Below are positions 1 through 13,137 of a stretch of DNA of 59,273 nt, piece after piece (positions within the stretch are counted from its first letter, which is position 1; each line of letters opens with the position of its first letter). This stretch comes from Guillardia theta CCMP2712 (Eukaryota > Protista > Cryptophyta): NCBI RefSeq assembly GCF_000315625.1, contig NW_005434643.1, forward strand, positions 363,174 to 422,446. Reading direction: 5' to 3'. Position numbers and translations under genes: made by a program. Under the pieces are notes generated by a model. The model did not search any database. It was not told the DNA's origin and was given only the letters and a program-made list of their open reading frames with translations.

Positions 1-3000
1 TCTACGCGCGAAGCTGGCGAGGCGTCTCCGTCCCTCACTGTGACGTCGGGTGCCTCCGGAGCGCTCGACACCACTGGGGTGCTTGCTGCTGGTCCGAGCT
101 CGCCTGCTTCCTCCCCGGCATCGGTCGGGTCACGCCGGTCCTTGGGCATTGCCGCGGCGTCGCCGCCGCGCCCATCCCGGGCGGTGTTTGTCTCGGCTAC
201 CGCTGACTCGTTGAGGCACTTTTTACCTTCTGCCAGTAAATCCTATCTGTTCCGGAGGCTAGCGAGGAGGACTACCTCGAGCAGTACCGTGTTCCTGTGT
301 CCAGCCTCCCTCCGTCCGCTGCCCCTGGCGGACCCCCGGGCAACGCCGGCTCCTTGTCGGCGGCTGCCCTTTCTCCGTCCGCGGTCGCCCGCTTTGTGGC
401 GGCAGCGGACGTCTCGACTGACGAGGAATATGGATTTACTCTCGACTGACAGTGGTCAGTCGGCTGCTTCCAGGAAGAATATAGGATTTACTGGCAGAAG
501 ATAAAAAGTGCCTCAAGCAAGACAAAGCAGGAACAAGCTGAACCGGCAGGTACACAGTTCACAGCGAGAAGCTGCACAAACACACACAAAACACAAGCCC
601 GAAAAGAACCAGCACTGCTGGCACCCAGACGCGGCATCGCCAGCCCAAGCGAGAAGCCGCGCAGACAAGCAGCCTAAGGGTCAGGCAATCAAGCAACAAG
701 CAGCAGGAGCATGCAGGAGGAATAAAATCCCTTAGACGTCGGAGACGCCTCGCCAGCTCCGCGCCGATCGGTATATAGGATTTACTGGCAGAAGGTAAAA
801 AGTGCCTCAAGCAAAATAAAGCAGGAACAAGCTGAACCGGCAGGCACACAGTCCACAGCGAGAAGCTGCACAAACACACACAAAACACAAGCCCGCTATC
901 TTCTGCCAGTGAATCCTATGGCTCGCAAACGCGCCGCCACCTATCAGCGCCTCACTATGCAGCTGACGCTGGAGGCGCTCTTGTCTGGTGCGAGGCGCAT
1001 GACGCCCTTGCGGGCGCAAGCACTTCTCGAGCCAGAGGACAGCTCCTCCTCGGACTTTGTCGAGTCGCCCGAGGAGTCTTCGCCGGAGGTCTCCGACTCC
1101 GATGGGGGACACCCTTCGAGTGGCCTCGACGATCGGCGCGGAGCTGGCGAGGCGTCTGCAGGTACACAGTCCACAGCGTCGGGTGCCTCCGGAGAGCTCG
1201 ACACCACTGGGGTGCTTGCTGCTGGTCCGAGCTCGCCTGCTTCCTCCCCGGCATCGGTCGGGTCACGCCGGTCCTTGGGCATTGCTGCGGCGTCGCCGCC
1301 GTCACGGGCGGCTACCACTGACTCGGCTACCGCTGACTCGGAGAACCAGCACTGCTGGCTGTTGCTTGATTGCCTGACCGTTAGGCTGCATGTCTGCGCG
1401 GCTTCGCGAGGCATAAGATTTACTGGCAGAAGGTAAAAAGCGCTTGGGCTGGCGGTGCTGCGTCTGGGTGCCAGCTGCTCGAGGATTTACTGGCATAAGG
1501 TAAAAAGTGCCTCAAGCGAAACAAAGCAGGAACAAGCTGAACCGGCAGGCANNNNNNNNNNNNNNNNNNNNNNNNNNNNNNNNNNNNNNNNNNNNNNNNN
1601 NNNNNNNNNNNNNNNNNNNNNNNNNNNNNNNNNNNNNNNNNNNNNNNNNNNGCCCAAGCGCGAAGCCGCGCAGACATGCAGCCGAAGGGTCAAGCAATCA
1701 AGCAACAAGCAGCAGGAGCATGCAGGAGGAATAAAATCCCTTAGACGCGATACCCGGAGGCAGCCGACTGACCACTGTCAGTCGAGACGTCCGCTGCCGC
1801 AGTGCTGGTTGTTTTCGGGCTTGTGTTTTGTGTGTGCAAGTTGTGCAGCTTCTCGCTGTGCGCTGTGTGCCAGGAGGCTTAGCTTGTTACTGCTTTGTTT
1901 TGCTTCTAAATCACTGTGACGTCTGACAGTGGTCAGTCAGCTGCCTCCGGGACATCTCGTCTCTGCAAGTAAATCCTATACTACTCTCCGTCCCTCACTG
2001 TGACGTCGGGTGCCTCCGGAGAGCTCGACACCACTGGGGTGCTTGCTGCTGGTCCGAGCTCTGCTGCTGAGGTCTTGGCTCGCAACGCGCCGCCACCTAT
2101 CAGCGCCTCACTATGCAGCTGACGCTGGAGGCGCTCTTGTCTGGTGCGAGGCGCATGACGCCCTTGCGGGCGCAAGCACTCCTCGAGCCAGAGGACAGCT
2201 CCTCCTCGGACTTTGTCGAGTCGCCCGAGGAGTCTTCGCCGGAGGTCTCCGACTCCGATGGGGGAAACCCTTCGAGTGGCCCCGACGATGGGCGCGGAGC
2301 TGGCGACTCGGAGGCGTCTCCGTCCCTCACTGTGACGTCGGGTGCCTCCGGAGAGCTCGACACCACTGGGGTGCTTGCTGCTATGTATCGAGCTCGCCTG
2401 CTTCCTCCCCGGCATCGGTCGGGTCACGCCGGTCCTTGGGCATTGCCGCGGCGTCGCCGCCGTCACGGGCGGCTACCACTGACTCGGCTACCGCTGACTC
2501 GGAGGCTAGCGAGGAGGACTACCTCGAGCGGTACCGTGTTCCTGTGTCCAGCCTCCCTCCGTCCGCTGCCCCAGGCGGACCCCCGGGCAACGCCGGCTCC
2601 TTGTCGGCGGCTGCCCTTTCTCCGTCCGCGGCCGCCCGCTTTGTGGCGGCAGCGGACGTCTCGACTGACAGTGGTCAGTCGGCTGCCTCCGGGTATCGCG
2701 TCTAAGGGATTTTCTTCCTCCTGCATGCTCCTGCTGCTTGTTGCTTGATTGCTTGACCCTTCGGCTGCTTGTCTGCGCGGCTTCGCGCTTGGGCTGGCGG
2801 TGCCGCGTCTGGGTGCCAGCAGTGCTGGTTCTTTTCGGGCTTGTGTTTTGTGTGTGATTGTGCAGCTTCTCGCTGTGGACTGTGTGCCTGGAGGCTTAGC
2901 TTGATCCTGCTTTGTTTTGCTTGAGGCACTTTTTACCTTCTGCCAGTAAATTCACCTCACTCAGTGCGGCATCGGTCCGGGCAGGCGAGCTCGCCGGGAC

Positions 3001-3420
3001 TAGCAGCAAGCACCCCAGTGGTGTCGAGCTCTCCGGAGGCATCCGACGTCACAGTGGGCGCGTCGGCTCCACTCTGGATGTTTCCCCCATCGGAGTCGGA
3101 GATCTCGCACCCGAAAGGGCGTCATGCGCCTCGCACCAGATAGGAGCGCCTCCAGACGGTAAGCTGCATGGCGAGGCGCTGATAGGTGGCTGCTTGTTAA
3201 ACCTCCTTGTTCCTGCTTTGTTTTGCTTGAGGCACTTTTTACCTTCTGCGAGTAAAACTCTACCTCCGGTCCGCGGCCGCCAGCTTTGCGGCGGCGGCGG
3301 ACGTCTCGACTTACAGTGGTCACTCGGATTCCTCCGGCCCGGTATCGCGTCTAAGGGATTTTACTTCACTTTTGTCGGAACCCATTGTTTGAGGCACTTT
3401 TTACTTTCGGGGCTGAGTAA
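1..3420. repeat. Rearranged array of a ~870-bp repeat unit (best copy ~2078-2950), with fragments in both orientations; the unit carries a ~205-aa Ser/Ala/Asp-rich ORF (MARKRAATYQRLTMQ...SAASGYRV)
   Basis: Near-identical blocks recur: 20-160, 1180-1340, 1985-2060 and 2310-2500. The segments 478-900 and 1400-1800 are reverse complements of pieces of 2650-2950. A head-to-tail junction 'ttctgccagt(g/a)aatcctat|ggctcgc' lies at 901-927. An N gap interrupts the array at 1552-1651. Confidence 0.9.
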
Positions 3421-3459
3421 ACATTGTCCTCACACACCGAGACCAAAAAAAATCATCCG

Positions 3460-4340
3460 ATCACTGCTCAGGCGGCTGCCCACGCCCGGCCGCCGTGACG
3501 CGGCGCGCCGCCGGAAGCCGCGCAGATCGGACAAGCAGGGAGCCTGTAGTGGAACTCCCTTCAAGTTAGGCCGGCGCGACAGCGGACGCATGGGCGCGTG
3601 CTGACTCGGATGGCAAGCCTAGTAGTTAAATGAGTTTTCAGTGACTCGCAGAAGGTACGGCTCCGCTGAGGCTCCAAGTAACTTAAAGGCAAACCGTGTC
3701 CTCCTCACTGTCCTCAGCGGGCACAGCGGCTGCCGAGACCAAGATTGCCCGGGATTGACGGCCGCAGTCGGACGACGCTGTGGCTGATGGATCGCCGATC
3801 ATCGGATGATGCCCGGCAGCCTTGCCGGCGGCCAGTCAGATAGCGCCGAGTTAACAAAACTCTGAGGCTCCTGTAAACCAAGACGACTTACGTGTTTCAA
3901 GGCGGCCCATGTGAGAGTCGCGGCGCGTGGGACGGTGATATCGGCAGTGCGTGACTTTGGCATAGTATATCACGGTCCGGCGCCCGGCTAGTCTGCGGTC
4001 CCACAGCACTCCGGCCGCCACGGGCGGCCGCCCCGGCGGCCGCGTGAGGCCGCGGGCAATCATCATTTCCGGAATGCCATGATTCGGACGGTGAGTGACC
4101 GTCGGTCAGTGCCGCAGTGCGGCCGGCAGTCACTGAGCCTGCGGGAAGCCTGAGTCTCAATGTCCGATCTTTTCTCTTCAAGGCGCCGCTTCCTAGTCTC
4201 GCCCGTGCCGCCGCCGCACGCCCCGGGCCCCGCGGCTGGCGCTGAGCCTCCCGGCGCGGCAGGCCAGCGGGCCCGGTCACCATCCGCCTTCCGGCCGCCG
4301 CGTCGGACTCCGGGAGTCCGGGCCGGCCGGGTGTAGCTGA
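3460..4340. repeat. GC-rich low-complexity island built from short palindromic words
   Basis: Recurring words CCGGCCGG, GGGCCC, TGACTC/GAGTCA, CACTGAG, GATCATCGGA and AAGTT; no credible ORF. Confidence 0.7.
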
Positions 4341-4809
4341 GTGTTACAGATCTGTTACATATTCAAGCAGAGAAACATGGCGTACAAGGAAGCAGTAGTG
4401 GGAAGGAGAGTGAGCGGGAAGGGAGAAGGAGAAGTGGAAGTAAAGATGACACGCGAGTGACAAAGACGCACACAGAAGATGAATGTGCTGTGAGAAGAAG
4501 AACAAAAGGTTGCCAGGGTGTGGAGGAGGGAGTAAGATAGAATCGCGGCGTCAGCCCAAGGAGTAATTTGGTTTGAGAGCAAGCATACAAGTAGAGCATT
4601 GCAAGAAGATCGATTGAACACTTGCAGACGGTTGAGGCTGAGACCGTGCAGGTTGGACCTCCAAAAGTACTGCAGGGCAGATACTTCTGAAATGTCGTAT
4701 TTTTTCCTTGTCTTGTTTTCGAAAAGTTTGGTGTGCTGTTCTTGTGGAGTTCTTTGAAACTGCAGGGTGAGTCGTCTGCTGTCTAATCTCGTCCTTTCAA
4801 TTATTCAGG

Positions 4810-5516
4810 ATGATCGGATCAAGCTTATCGCGATTAGGATGCATCTTGGTAGGTCACCTTTACCCCCTTTACAAGACTTTCAAATGTTTCAAGAATTGTG
4901 AAAGCACGAGTGAAATAGAAGTGGAACATCTTTTAGACATGAGACGGATCTTGTCCTTTTGGGCCGTGAATGGAATATTCATGGTAATTTTTGTCTTGGC
5001 GAATGTTGCTCTGGACCTGACGATACGGTCATTCCCAAAATTTGCAGTTTTCGGAATATTTCTTGGATTTCTTCATCGCATGGATACCATTCTACTTCGA
5101 ATCAAAGATCCTCTTCCTCATTTGGCTAGTGCATGGAAATTTTACAGGTTCTCAGTTCGTCTACGACAACTTTGTAGAGGAAGTCTTCCATCACCACGAG
5201 AACGACATCGATCACGGTTTGGCAGTTTCCAAGGCGGCGTTCAAGACTACAGCTTCTCGTTGGTTTGCTTTCTTAGCGTCGCAGCTCGCAAACCTCTTTG
5301 CTCTGGCGATGCAGAAGGTGATGGGTAGACTTGCAATCTCCAACGCTGATCCCTGTTTGCATGCTGCAGTCGCACGAGACTATGATGAGCCGTATGAAGC
5401 AGGGAGACGCCTCGTCATCGACAGAAAGCAGGTTTGAAGAAATTGGAGCTGGGGACGAAGAACGAGTCCTATCAGCATCGAAGAGAACGAGATCGAAGAA
5501 GAAGATAGATCATTGA
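4810..5516 (+). CDS. HVA22/TB2/DP1 (REEP/Yop1 family) ER-shaping protein; exons 4810-4983, 5048-5317, 5370-5516
   Basis: Motifs GHLYPLYKTFK, LSFWAV, WIPFYFESKILFLIWL and GSQFVYDNFV join in frame across GT-AG introns of 64 and 52 nt. Confidence 0.9.
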
Positions 5517-5919
5517 GACAAGTTGGTGTCATACTGTATACCTGTCCCAGGACAGCGAGTCTGTTGTAATTTAATATACATACCAAGACATTGCGCAGAC
5601 ATGGTGTTACCTTTTCGTATGGACGGAGCTGTGTCTTAGCCTCGTTTGAATTCAGCTATGTTTTGAAGATTGGTATTCTATCGCTCATGTGGGTGGGGTC
5701 AAACAATTGCTAGAGCATTCAGTCGTACGAAATGTGCATTCAAGCAATGAATCCGTGGATTGCCTCAAGACACGGATATAAATCATTTCTTCATGATATG
5801 CTAACGTAAATCATGTCCTGGTACGTGTGGGTATGTGAGTATGTGGATCGTGGCTTGCAGTGAGACACTTTAATCACTCACGTTATTCACACACTTGGCA
5901 CTCTCACAATGACACAACA

Positions 5920-6405
5920 TCAATCAAACTCAGAAAGAACGTGCCTCAAGGCCTCGTCGAGTAGAGAGCTTGCTTCCCTTTCCCATATCTCTGCTATCTC
6001 GATCCTCCTCATCAACTTGGAGCCACGCGATCGTGTCGACTTTTTCTCAGGCTTCTCGGAGGACTCGTCGAATCCACCTTCCGAGGGAGGGAGTTCAGAG
6101 CATGTCAGCCCTTTGTTGACACATCTCGTGCAAGGTCTTGTTTCATCGCACTTGGTCTTGGCGCTTCTGCATACAAGGCAGGCGCTCTTAGTTGGATGCC
6201 GTCTTGACGATAGCCAGCGTCTCATGCGGTAGAGATTGCTGGGCGCGCAGGCAAATGGAAGCTTAGCACTCTGATCCTCGACGCCGAGATGAGAGGAATG
6301 ATCACCGAAGACACTGGTAGGAGAATTTTCCCGCTGTGAATTTTCTGAATCAAGAGGGATGGGGGAGGCACCAAAGTCGTGGGAAAGGGGCATCATAAAA
6401 TTCAT
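5920..6405 (-). CDS. Zn(II)2Cys6 (GAL4-type) binuclear cluster transcription factor
   Basis: ACLVCRSAKTKCDETRPCTRCVNKGLTC matches Cx2Cx6Cx5Cx2Cx6C. First ATG is at 6405; no intron. Confidence 0.9.
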   Translation of the reverse strand: MNFMMPLSHDFGASPIPLDSENSQRENSPTSVFGDHSSHLGVEDQSAKLPFACAPSNLYRMRRWLSSRRHPTKSACLVCRSAKTKCDETRPCTRCVNKGLTCSELPPSEGGFDESSEKPEKKSTRSRGSKLMRRIEIAEIWEREASSLLDEALRHVLSEFD

Positions 6406-6959
6406 CGCAATAGTACTCTGCTCTTGGAACAACTTGTATGTGGGAAAGAGGGCAAGTCTTGAGCTAGGGATACAGCAGAGGAAGAAGCGCGCACAGGAAG
6501 CAGTGGGATTCAGAGGTAGTGGGACGCCGGGTGCGGAGGAAGGTTTGAGAATGTGACAAGACACGGCCAAGGGAAAACCAGGGCAGCGACAGGGAGGCGC
6601 GTGACGAAAAGTTCTGGAGTGGGGCTTCTAGAGGAGTCGTAGACGTATTAAATAGCTCAAAAAGAGTCTTTTCGATCTTAAGAAATGGGATTGTTCTCAA
6701 GGAGTCGCTGTATCTAACCGCCGCCCTCTCCGGGGGGATGCGCGTGCGTGTAAAGGTCCCTATGCCCTCGTGATCGTTTGGACTCATAAACGCAATGATT
6801 CGAATTATTGCGAGGTTGAGATACAGCCAGGCTTCCATCCTGTCGCCAGAGAGTCGGAACAAACTGTTGAAGGGGTCCATTTCTCTTGAAATCTTGAGGG
6901 TGGGGTAGTATGGGGTCAAAATCATTCAGAAAGAAGGTCAGAGAGGTTTCGTTAGCAAG

Positions 6960-7870
6960 CGTCTGGAGTCCCGTGAGATCACCGTACGTTTGATCCGGTC
7001 GGCCGCTTGAACCTACTACCCTCTTGGCGGACTGGCACTCACGGCCCCCGTCGCCGGGCGGCGGGCCCGGGGGCCGCGCCGCGCCGCCGCCCGGCCGCGC
7101 GGCACTCAGGCACGGTGACGGCAGTGACCGTACGGTCGCCCGGGACAGTCAGTGGAATCGGAACGGTGGCACCGTCTGTGCGCGGGCGGCGCGGCGGTGA
7201 GGAGTAGCCTGTTCCGAAGTTCAATTGAACGGTTCGGCCAACCGGGCGGCCCTAGACGGGACGGTGTGCAATGCCGCGGCCGGCGCCCGGCAGTGCCGCG
7301 TCGGGCCCGCCCGGCGGCCGGGCGCCGATCGGACAGGCTCCCGGACCCGGTACCACATCACACCGCCGGAGTGAAGCCCGAGTTCAAGTTGGCTCGATAC
7401 CGGCGGCCGGCCGCCGGCCGGCCGCCGCGGCGCCCGGCCCCCGGCGGCCCCGGTCACGGGTCCCACGGAACGGACGGCCCGGACTAGGCAGTGATCCGAC
7501 TGAGGGCCGGATCATCGATAGTAGTCACGGTGAGCGGCCCTTGTTCCGAAGTCACGAGTCCGACGGTCGGAGCCACTGGCCGGGCACCGGGGCCCGCTCG
7601 TCACTAGTACTAGTACCGTACCGTAGCCCACCGTGCCACGGTACGGTACGGTCCCGATCCGGTCGGATCGGACTGAGTCCGGGCCGGCGGGCCGCCCCCG
7701 GGCCGGCCCCACCCCGGCCCGGGGGCGGCCCGGGCCCGGCTGGCGGGCCGCGTGACGGTGCCCGGCCCGCCGCAGTGCCCGGCGCCCCAGCTCAGGCTCG
7801 ACTCGGTCGGATCCGATGATCATCGCCGTCGCCGGGCCCGGGGAGCAGGGACGGATACTTCAACGGATCC
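6960..7870. repeat. GC-rich palindrome-word island between divergent genes
   Basis: Very high GC. Contains CCGTACGG, ACTAGTACTAGT, AAGTTCAAGTT and GATCCGATGATC, plus a hairpin accgtaccgt...acggtacggt at ~7614-7652. Confidence 0.8.
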
Positions 7871-8929
7871 TCACGGATACCCAAACTTTGATCAGTTGGA
7901 GCGATGAGTGGTATGAGGTAGCGAACCGAGATGAGCAGGTGGAAGCAGTCGGCGTGAAGGGTCGGAAGGAGCGGCAGCTAGAGAATGAAGAAGATGATCA
8001 CTTGGACAAGAATGAGTGGGAGACCATGGTGGTGGTGGTGGACGAGGAGGAAGAGAAAGCGAGATGTTCAGTACTGAAAACAATGACGAGCAGTCAAGAA
8101 ATAGCGTTGCCGACCGTGCAGTGGTAAGGAGGCGAGCAAAGAGAAGGGAAATGAAGTCGAAGATGAGATCAAGGATAAATGAGAGCCAGATGAACAAAGG
8201 AGAAGAATGGTCACGTTGATACTGTAAGGAAGAGTCGTGTCGAGGAGTCGTTATGCATCGATGCATTTGTGGAATGGTAGAGGAGTTGTAGGAAAACAAG
8301 GATGACAGTGGCGGAGATGGATTATACAAGAAATCAAGTGCGATAATATGAATCCAACAATCTCGCGAATGAAGGAGATTGTGTTATGACACTGAACTTG
8401 AAGAAGGCAGGTAGGATACATAGCAAGGATACATGTAGGATACATGTAGGAAACACAGAGGAGTGAACCCTGCTAATGGTGGGGTCTCAATATCACTACA
8501 ACCCAGTCACACATCTCTCACAAGAACAGCTTTCTTACCGACATGTTCTGATGCTCGTGTTGTGGCCCCTGTGCCCGTGCCATGTTTGCTCAATTTGTGC
8601 AACTGAGGAGTCATAGTTCTGTGGGCCTGCACCCTCCGTACCGCAACGTGTAACCTGACTGAATTCAGCAGAGCTGAGCCGGAGGTCAACACTTGCAGCA
8701 GACAGGAGGCGCGAGGTGAATGCTGCGAGGTAGAAACGTTGGTTTCTGCATTACCTGGAGCAGGGGAGGGAGGCGACTAGAGCATAGTAAGGTGGGGCTG
8801 CTGCTGAACCCTTGCGTCGCTCCTGTCTGGAGATGTTTGTGACTCGGAGCTACGGGCAGGCATGTGCGATGTGAAATCTGAGATTCAATCCCTTGCTGCT
8901 CGGTCGGTAGCAACCGGTACGTGCTGCAA

Positions 8930-11900
8930 ATGACCGTAGAGGATAGCGTCGACTCTGAGCCACCTCCTCCCTCCGCTGGAGGAGGCGGCGAAAACACGGG
9001 CAGGGAGCAAGGCACAGTCAAAGACCTGCAATCCTCTGCAGGGGAGGGCGTGGAGATCCAAGAAAGTGGCGAGGGAGTCACCTTACAAGAGCAGGGGACA
9101 GTGAGTCTGGCAGGGAAGGAAGAAGCAGGCGGCGGAGGGGAAGGGGGAGAAGAGACGAGGCTGTTGGAAGCAGCTACGGAGGAGCAAGGAGGCGGATCGG
9201 GGAGCGCTGCAGTAGCGTATGCTGTCGTAGAGCAAGCAGAGGGTGAGGATGGTGGTGGAGAAAGTGGAGGATCACATGGTAAGGACGCCAAGCAGGCGGA
9301 CGAGCTGGAGCAGATAGCAGTGGCGGGTGCGGGGAGTGAGGTGAAGGTCGAAGCAATGAAGGAGGAGGGAGCTGAACGGGCAGATGAAGGAACAGGAGTG
9401 GGGGAGCAACATGGCGACGACGATCGAGGGGCCGAGATAGAGGCAGGGTCTTCATCCCCTTCTGGGAAGGTTGAGGACGGGGAGGAAGGTGTTCAGCGGG
9501 CCTCGTCCATGGAGCAAGCTATCAGTGACGTCAACGACGAGTCAACGGAAGATGTTACGCAGCACGCGCTGGGCGACTTCATGGCGCTACTCGAGATGGC
9601 AGCGGACGAGATCGACCGCAAGGAGGTGGAGGAGGGTCGGGATGAGGAGGCGCCGGTTGATTTACACCTGGTGAAGAGTCTACTGCCTCCCAACGTGTCG
9701 CCGCAGGTCCTTTCGCGCGCCTCCTTCGCTGCTCATCGCTGCGAGGAGAAAATGCTGGAGGTGGCGAGGAAGGCGTGCCTCTCAGTGCAGCGAGAGGTCG
9801 ACCTCCTCCGCCAGTGTCTCTCCGCCATGTCCTCCCTCCTCGTCCAGTGCGGCATCCGAGCAGACACAGGGGAGGCTCCTGAGGGGGCGGGTAAGCCGCT
9901 GCCGGCCACGAGGAGGTCGATAGCGGAGGAGGCGGGGGCGAGGATTTCGGTTCCCATGTGGAGGGAGGAGGCAAGGAGGCGAGCGATGAGGAGGACGTCG
10001 AGCCGCTTGCTGGAAGTGAAGATCTCGGAGAGAGCGCGACTTATGCAGGCCCTGCTCGCAGCGCGCAAGGATGTGTCGATGGTGGACCCGAGGGAGCTGT
10101 CACGGAGGATTCCCAAAGCTCAGCTGCAAGAGCTGATCCAACTCTCCCGCCGGCTCCTCGTCGACGCCGAAAAGTCTTCTGCTGACCTCTCCTCCTCCTC
10201 CCTCCCTCCCCCGATCGACCTGCGAGCTGTACGCCCCAAGGAGCACGACGACGCCGTTCCGTCTGCGCGCAGCTCCTCGGAGGCTCCGAGTGGAGGCAGG
10301 AGCGGGAGGATGGAGAGATTTTCCTCTTCCCAGCTGTGGGTAGTGCAGCGGATAGGAGGGAACGTGCTGAATGTGAGAGCAAGGCCACAACTAGGCTCGA
10401 AGAAGGTGGGGGAGTGCAGGGAGGGAGACATACTGGAGGTGGAAGGAGTCGAGGGCGACTGGGTGAAACTCTCCCCGGACAACGACGTCTTCGTGTCTGG
10501 AGGAGGAGCAGAAGCAGGAGGGGGAGGGGGAGGTTGGGTCCTGCACTTTCACAGGAGGCTCAAGATGGTCCTGGTGGCGCCCATGCTGCGCAAAGACTCG
10601 ATGGAGAATCGCAAGCTGCTTGATAGCTCGCAGATGCCGAGTTCTAGGAGCAGACAGTCAATCCCGGAGCAGGAGGAAGCGCCGAGCCTGCAGCAGCTGA
10701 GTGCCGATCATGTCACGGGGAAGCGGACAGAGAGGATACAGAGGCTGCCGTCTGAGCTTTCGAGCAACGTGAGCTTCAGTAAGAGGAAGGCGATGAGGCT
10801 TCGAGCATGGGAGGAGGAGAAGCTGCAGGAGGAGGAAGAGAACCTGCGCAAGCAGCTTGAGAAGGAGCTGCTGAGAGAGAAGAGGAAGCAGTACAGCGCC
10901 ATCACCGACGCGATCAGAAAGAAGACGGAGATCAAGAGGAGGAAGGAGGAGCCCGAGCCCGACAAGGTTGAGGAGCAGGAGGAGCTGAGCAGGATCGAGC
11001 TGGAGAGCAGCAGGGACGCGTACTCCAACCACCTGCTGGAACCATCGGAGTTCTTCCAGCAGCAGAGGAGGATGATTGAGCTGAGGAGGGAGCAGAGGGA
11101 CCGGCGGGCAAAGCAGCAGGAGCTGGAGATGATTAGGGTGGAGGAGATGAAAAAGAAGCTCGAGATGCAAGAGGAGATGGCGAGGCAGCAGAAGCAGGTC
11201 AAAACTCTCTCTCTCCCTTCCCCCCTCACCTCCCTCTCTCCCTCACGTCCTGACCTCCTCTCTCCTCTCTCCTCTCTCCTCTCTCCTCTCTCCTCTCTCC
11301 TCTCTCCTCTCTCCTCTCTCCTCTCTCCTCTCTCCCCTCTCCTCTCTCCTCTCTCCTCTCTCCTCTCTCCTCTCTCCTCTCTCCTCTCTCCTCTCTCCTC
11401 CACAACCTTCCCTAGGATTGTTCTCTGCTCCGCATGCTTCTTGCTCCTGCCCTTCCCCTTGGGTCCTCTGTCTAACCCGCGCGTCCTCTAGATATGGTTG
11501 AAGCAGAAGGCGGAGCAGGCGGAGCAGAGGAGACTGCAGATCCATTTACGTGCCGAGGAGAGGAAGCAGATGCTGGACCAGATGAGGCAACATGAACAGC
11601 GCTACATCCAGCACATCCGAGAGGTCCTTCGTCCCCTCCTGTCCCCCACCTCCGCTCCTCCGACAACCCCATGCTCGCCCCAAACTCTTTCTGCTTCCCT
11701 GCCTCCCCTGCCTGCTTTCCTCTGTTTCCGTTCTTCTCTCAGTTCTTTCATTGTCTCCTCTCTTCCATCCTTCCCCCATCCCCCCCGCCCCTCCTTTTCC
11801 CGTCCTCTCAATCCTCCCTCTTCTCCTCCTTACGCTCTCTTTCTACCTCCCTCCATCCTTTGATTTTCCCCCGTCAGATGCGCGGTGTTGTCTCCTACCC

Positions 11901-13080
11901 TCTTGAGGACGCAGAGCCAATACAGGATCATGTAGAGCACAAAGTGGTGAACCTGAAGCCCATGGTGCTCGAGTCGCAAGTGAAGAGAGAGGAGGAGAAG
12001 CAAGCCGTGCTAGACAAGGTGAGCAGTCGAGGACGGGAAGGAGCACTTGGAGGAAGAGGAGGAGAAGGAGGAGGAGGAGGAGGAGGGGGTAGAGGGGGGA
12101 GGGGGAGGAGGTGGTGGTTGCAGAACTGACTGGGGTCATCAGGTGGCGAGAGGACGAGGGTATGCAGAAAAGGTCAAGAGGAAGCTGAAGCTCAAAAGCA
12201 AGCCCGTGGTGAGGTGGGAGGACGAAGTTGACCCTCTCCTCCTCCCTCTCTTCCAAGACGCCAAACTTCCTTCCAAGTAAGCCAACATGCCCTCCTGCTT
12301 TTGTTCCTCCCTCCTCCATCCCATTTCTCTCCTGTTGGCCTTTCCATCCCTCCCTCTACCCTCCTGCCCCGCCTTTCACCCTGTCTTTCATCACAGTTCA
12401 CTTTCCTTTCATTCCTCGCCTTTCCCTCCTCCGTCTGCCTCCTCTCTCTGTCTTTTCCTCTCCCTCTCACTGATCGCTCACTCTCCTCTCTCCTCGTCTC
12501 AGGTACCTCGAGGAGATGCATCGGGTCTTCAAGGTGTCTCATCCTCGAGCCCTCGCCTCCCTCTCCGACCAGCAGCTCAACATGCTCAACATGAAGCCGG
12601 CAGAAAAGAAGCGACTCAGACTCGTCCTCGTCCAACACGGCCTCGTCTCTCCTCCTCCTGCTCCTCCCTCCCTCCCTCCTCCTCCCTCCCGACCCCGGAA
12701 GCCTGCGTCCAAGGTCTGGAAGTCCGCTCCTCCCAGTGGCGGAGGAGGAGAGGAGGAGGGCTCCGGGAGTGCGAGAGCGCAAAAGTACAAGGGCAGGCAG
12801 GCAGGCAGGCCGTCGCGGAGCAGCTCAGATCGAGGTGGGGAGGAGGGGGAGGGAGGACAGGGAGAGGGAGGAGGAAGAGGAAAGGGGCGGAAAGGAGAAG
12901 GAGGAGGCGATGGTGCTTCTGCTGCTAGGAATACGAGGACGCAGGTAGAGGGAAAGAGCCGGAAGAGGACCAAGGACAAGGACAAGGACAAGGACGACAA
13001 GCAGGAGGATCAGGAGCGGGGGAATCAAGCTAAGGAGATGACAACTATTAATGAGGAGAGCATGGTTTCGAAGAAGGCCC

Positions 13081-13137
<57 letters not shown>

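Noticed and set aside
1-3420. CRISPR array or LTR retrotransposon
   Set aside because: There is no constant short repeat with unique spacers, no cas genes, and no RT, integrase or gag motifs; the context is eukaryotic.
7007-7823. Several Arg/Pro/Gly/Ala-rich ORFs (also at 3897-4283, 18914-19489, 26090-26392, 55724-56161)
   Set aside because: They are stop-poor frames of GC-rich islands, open on both strands, with no protein-like motifs.
7816-8219. Acidic short ORFs upstream of the 8930 gene
   Set aside because: The sequence is purine-rich and low-complexity, and I found no supported splice link or motif. A small exon cannot be excluded.
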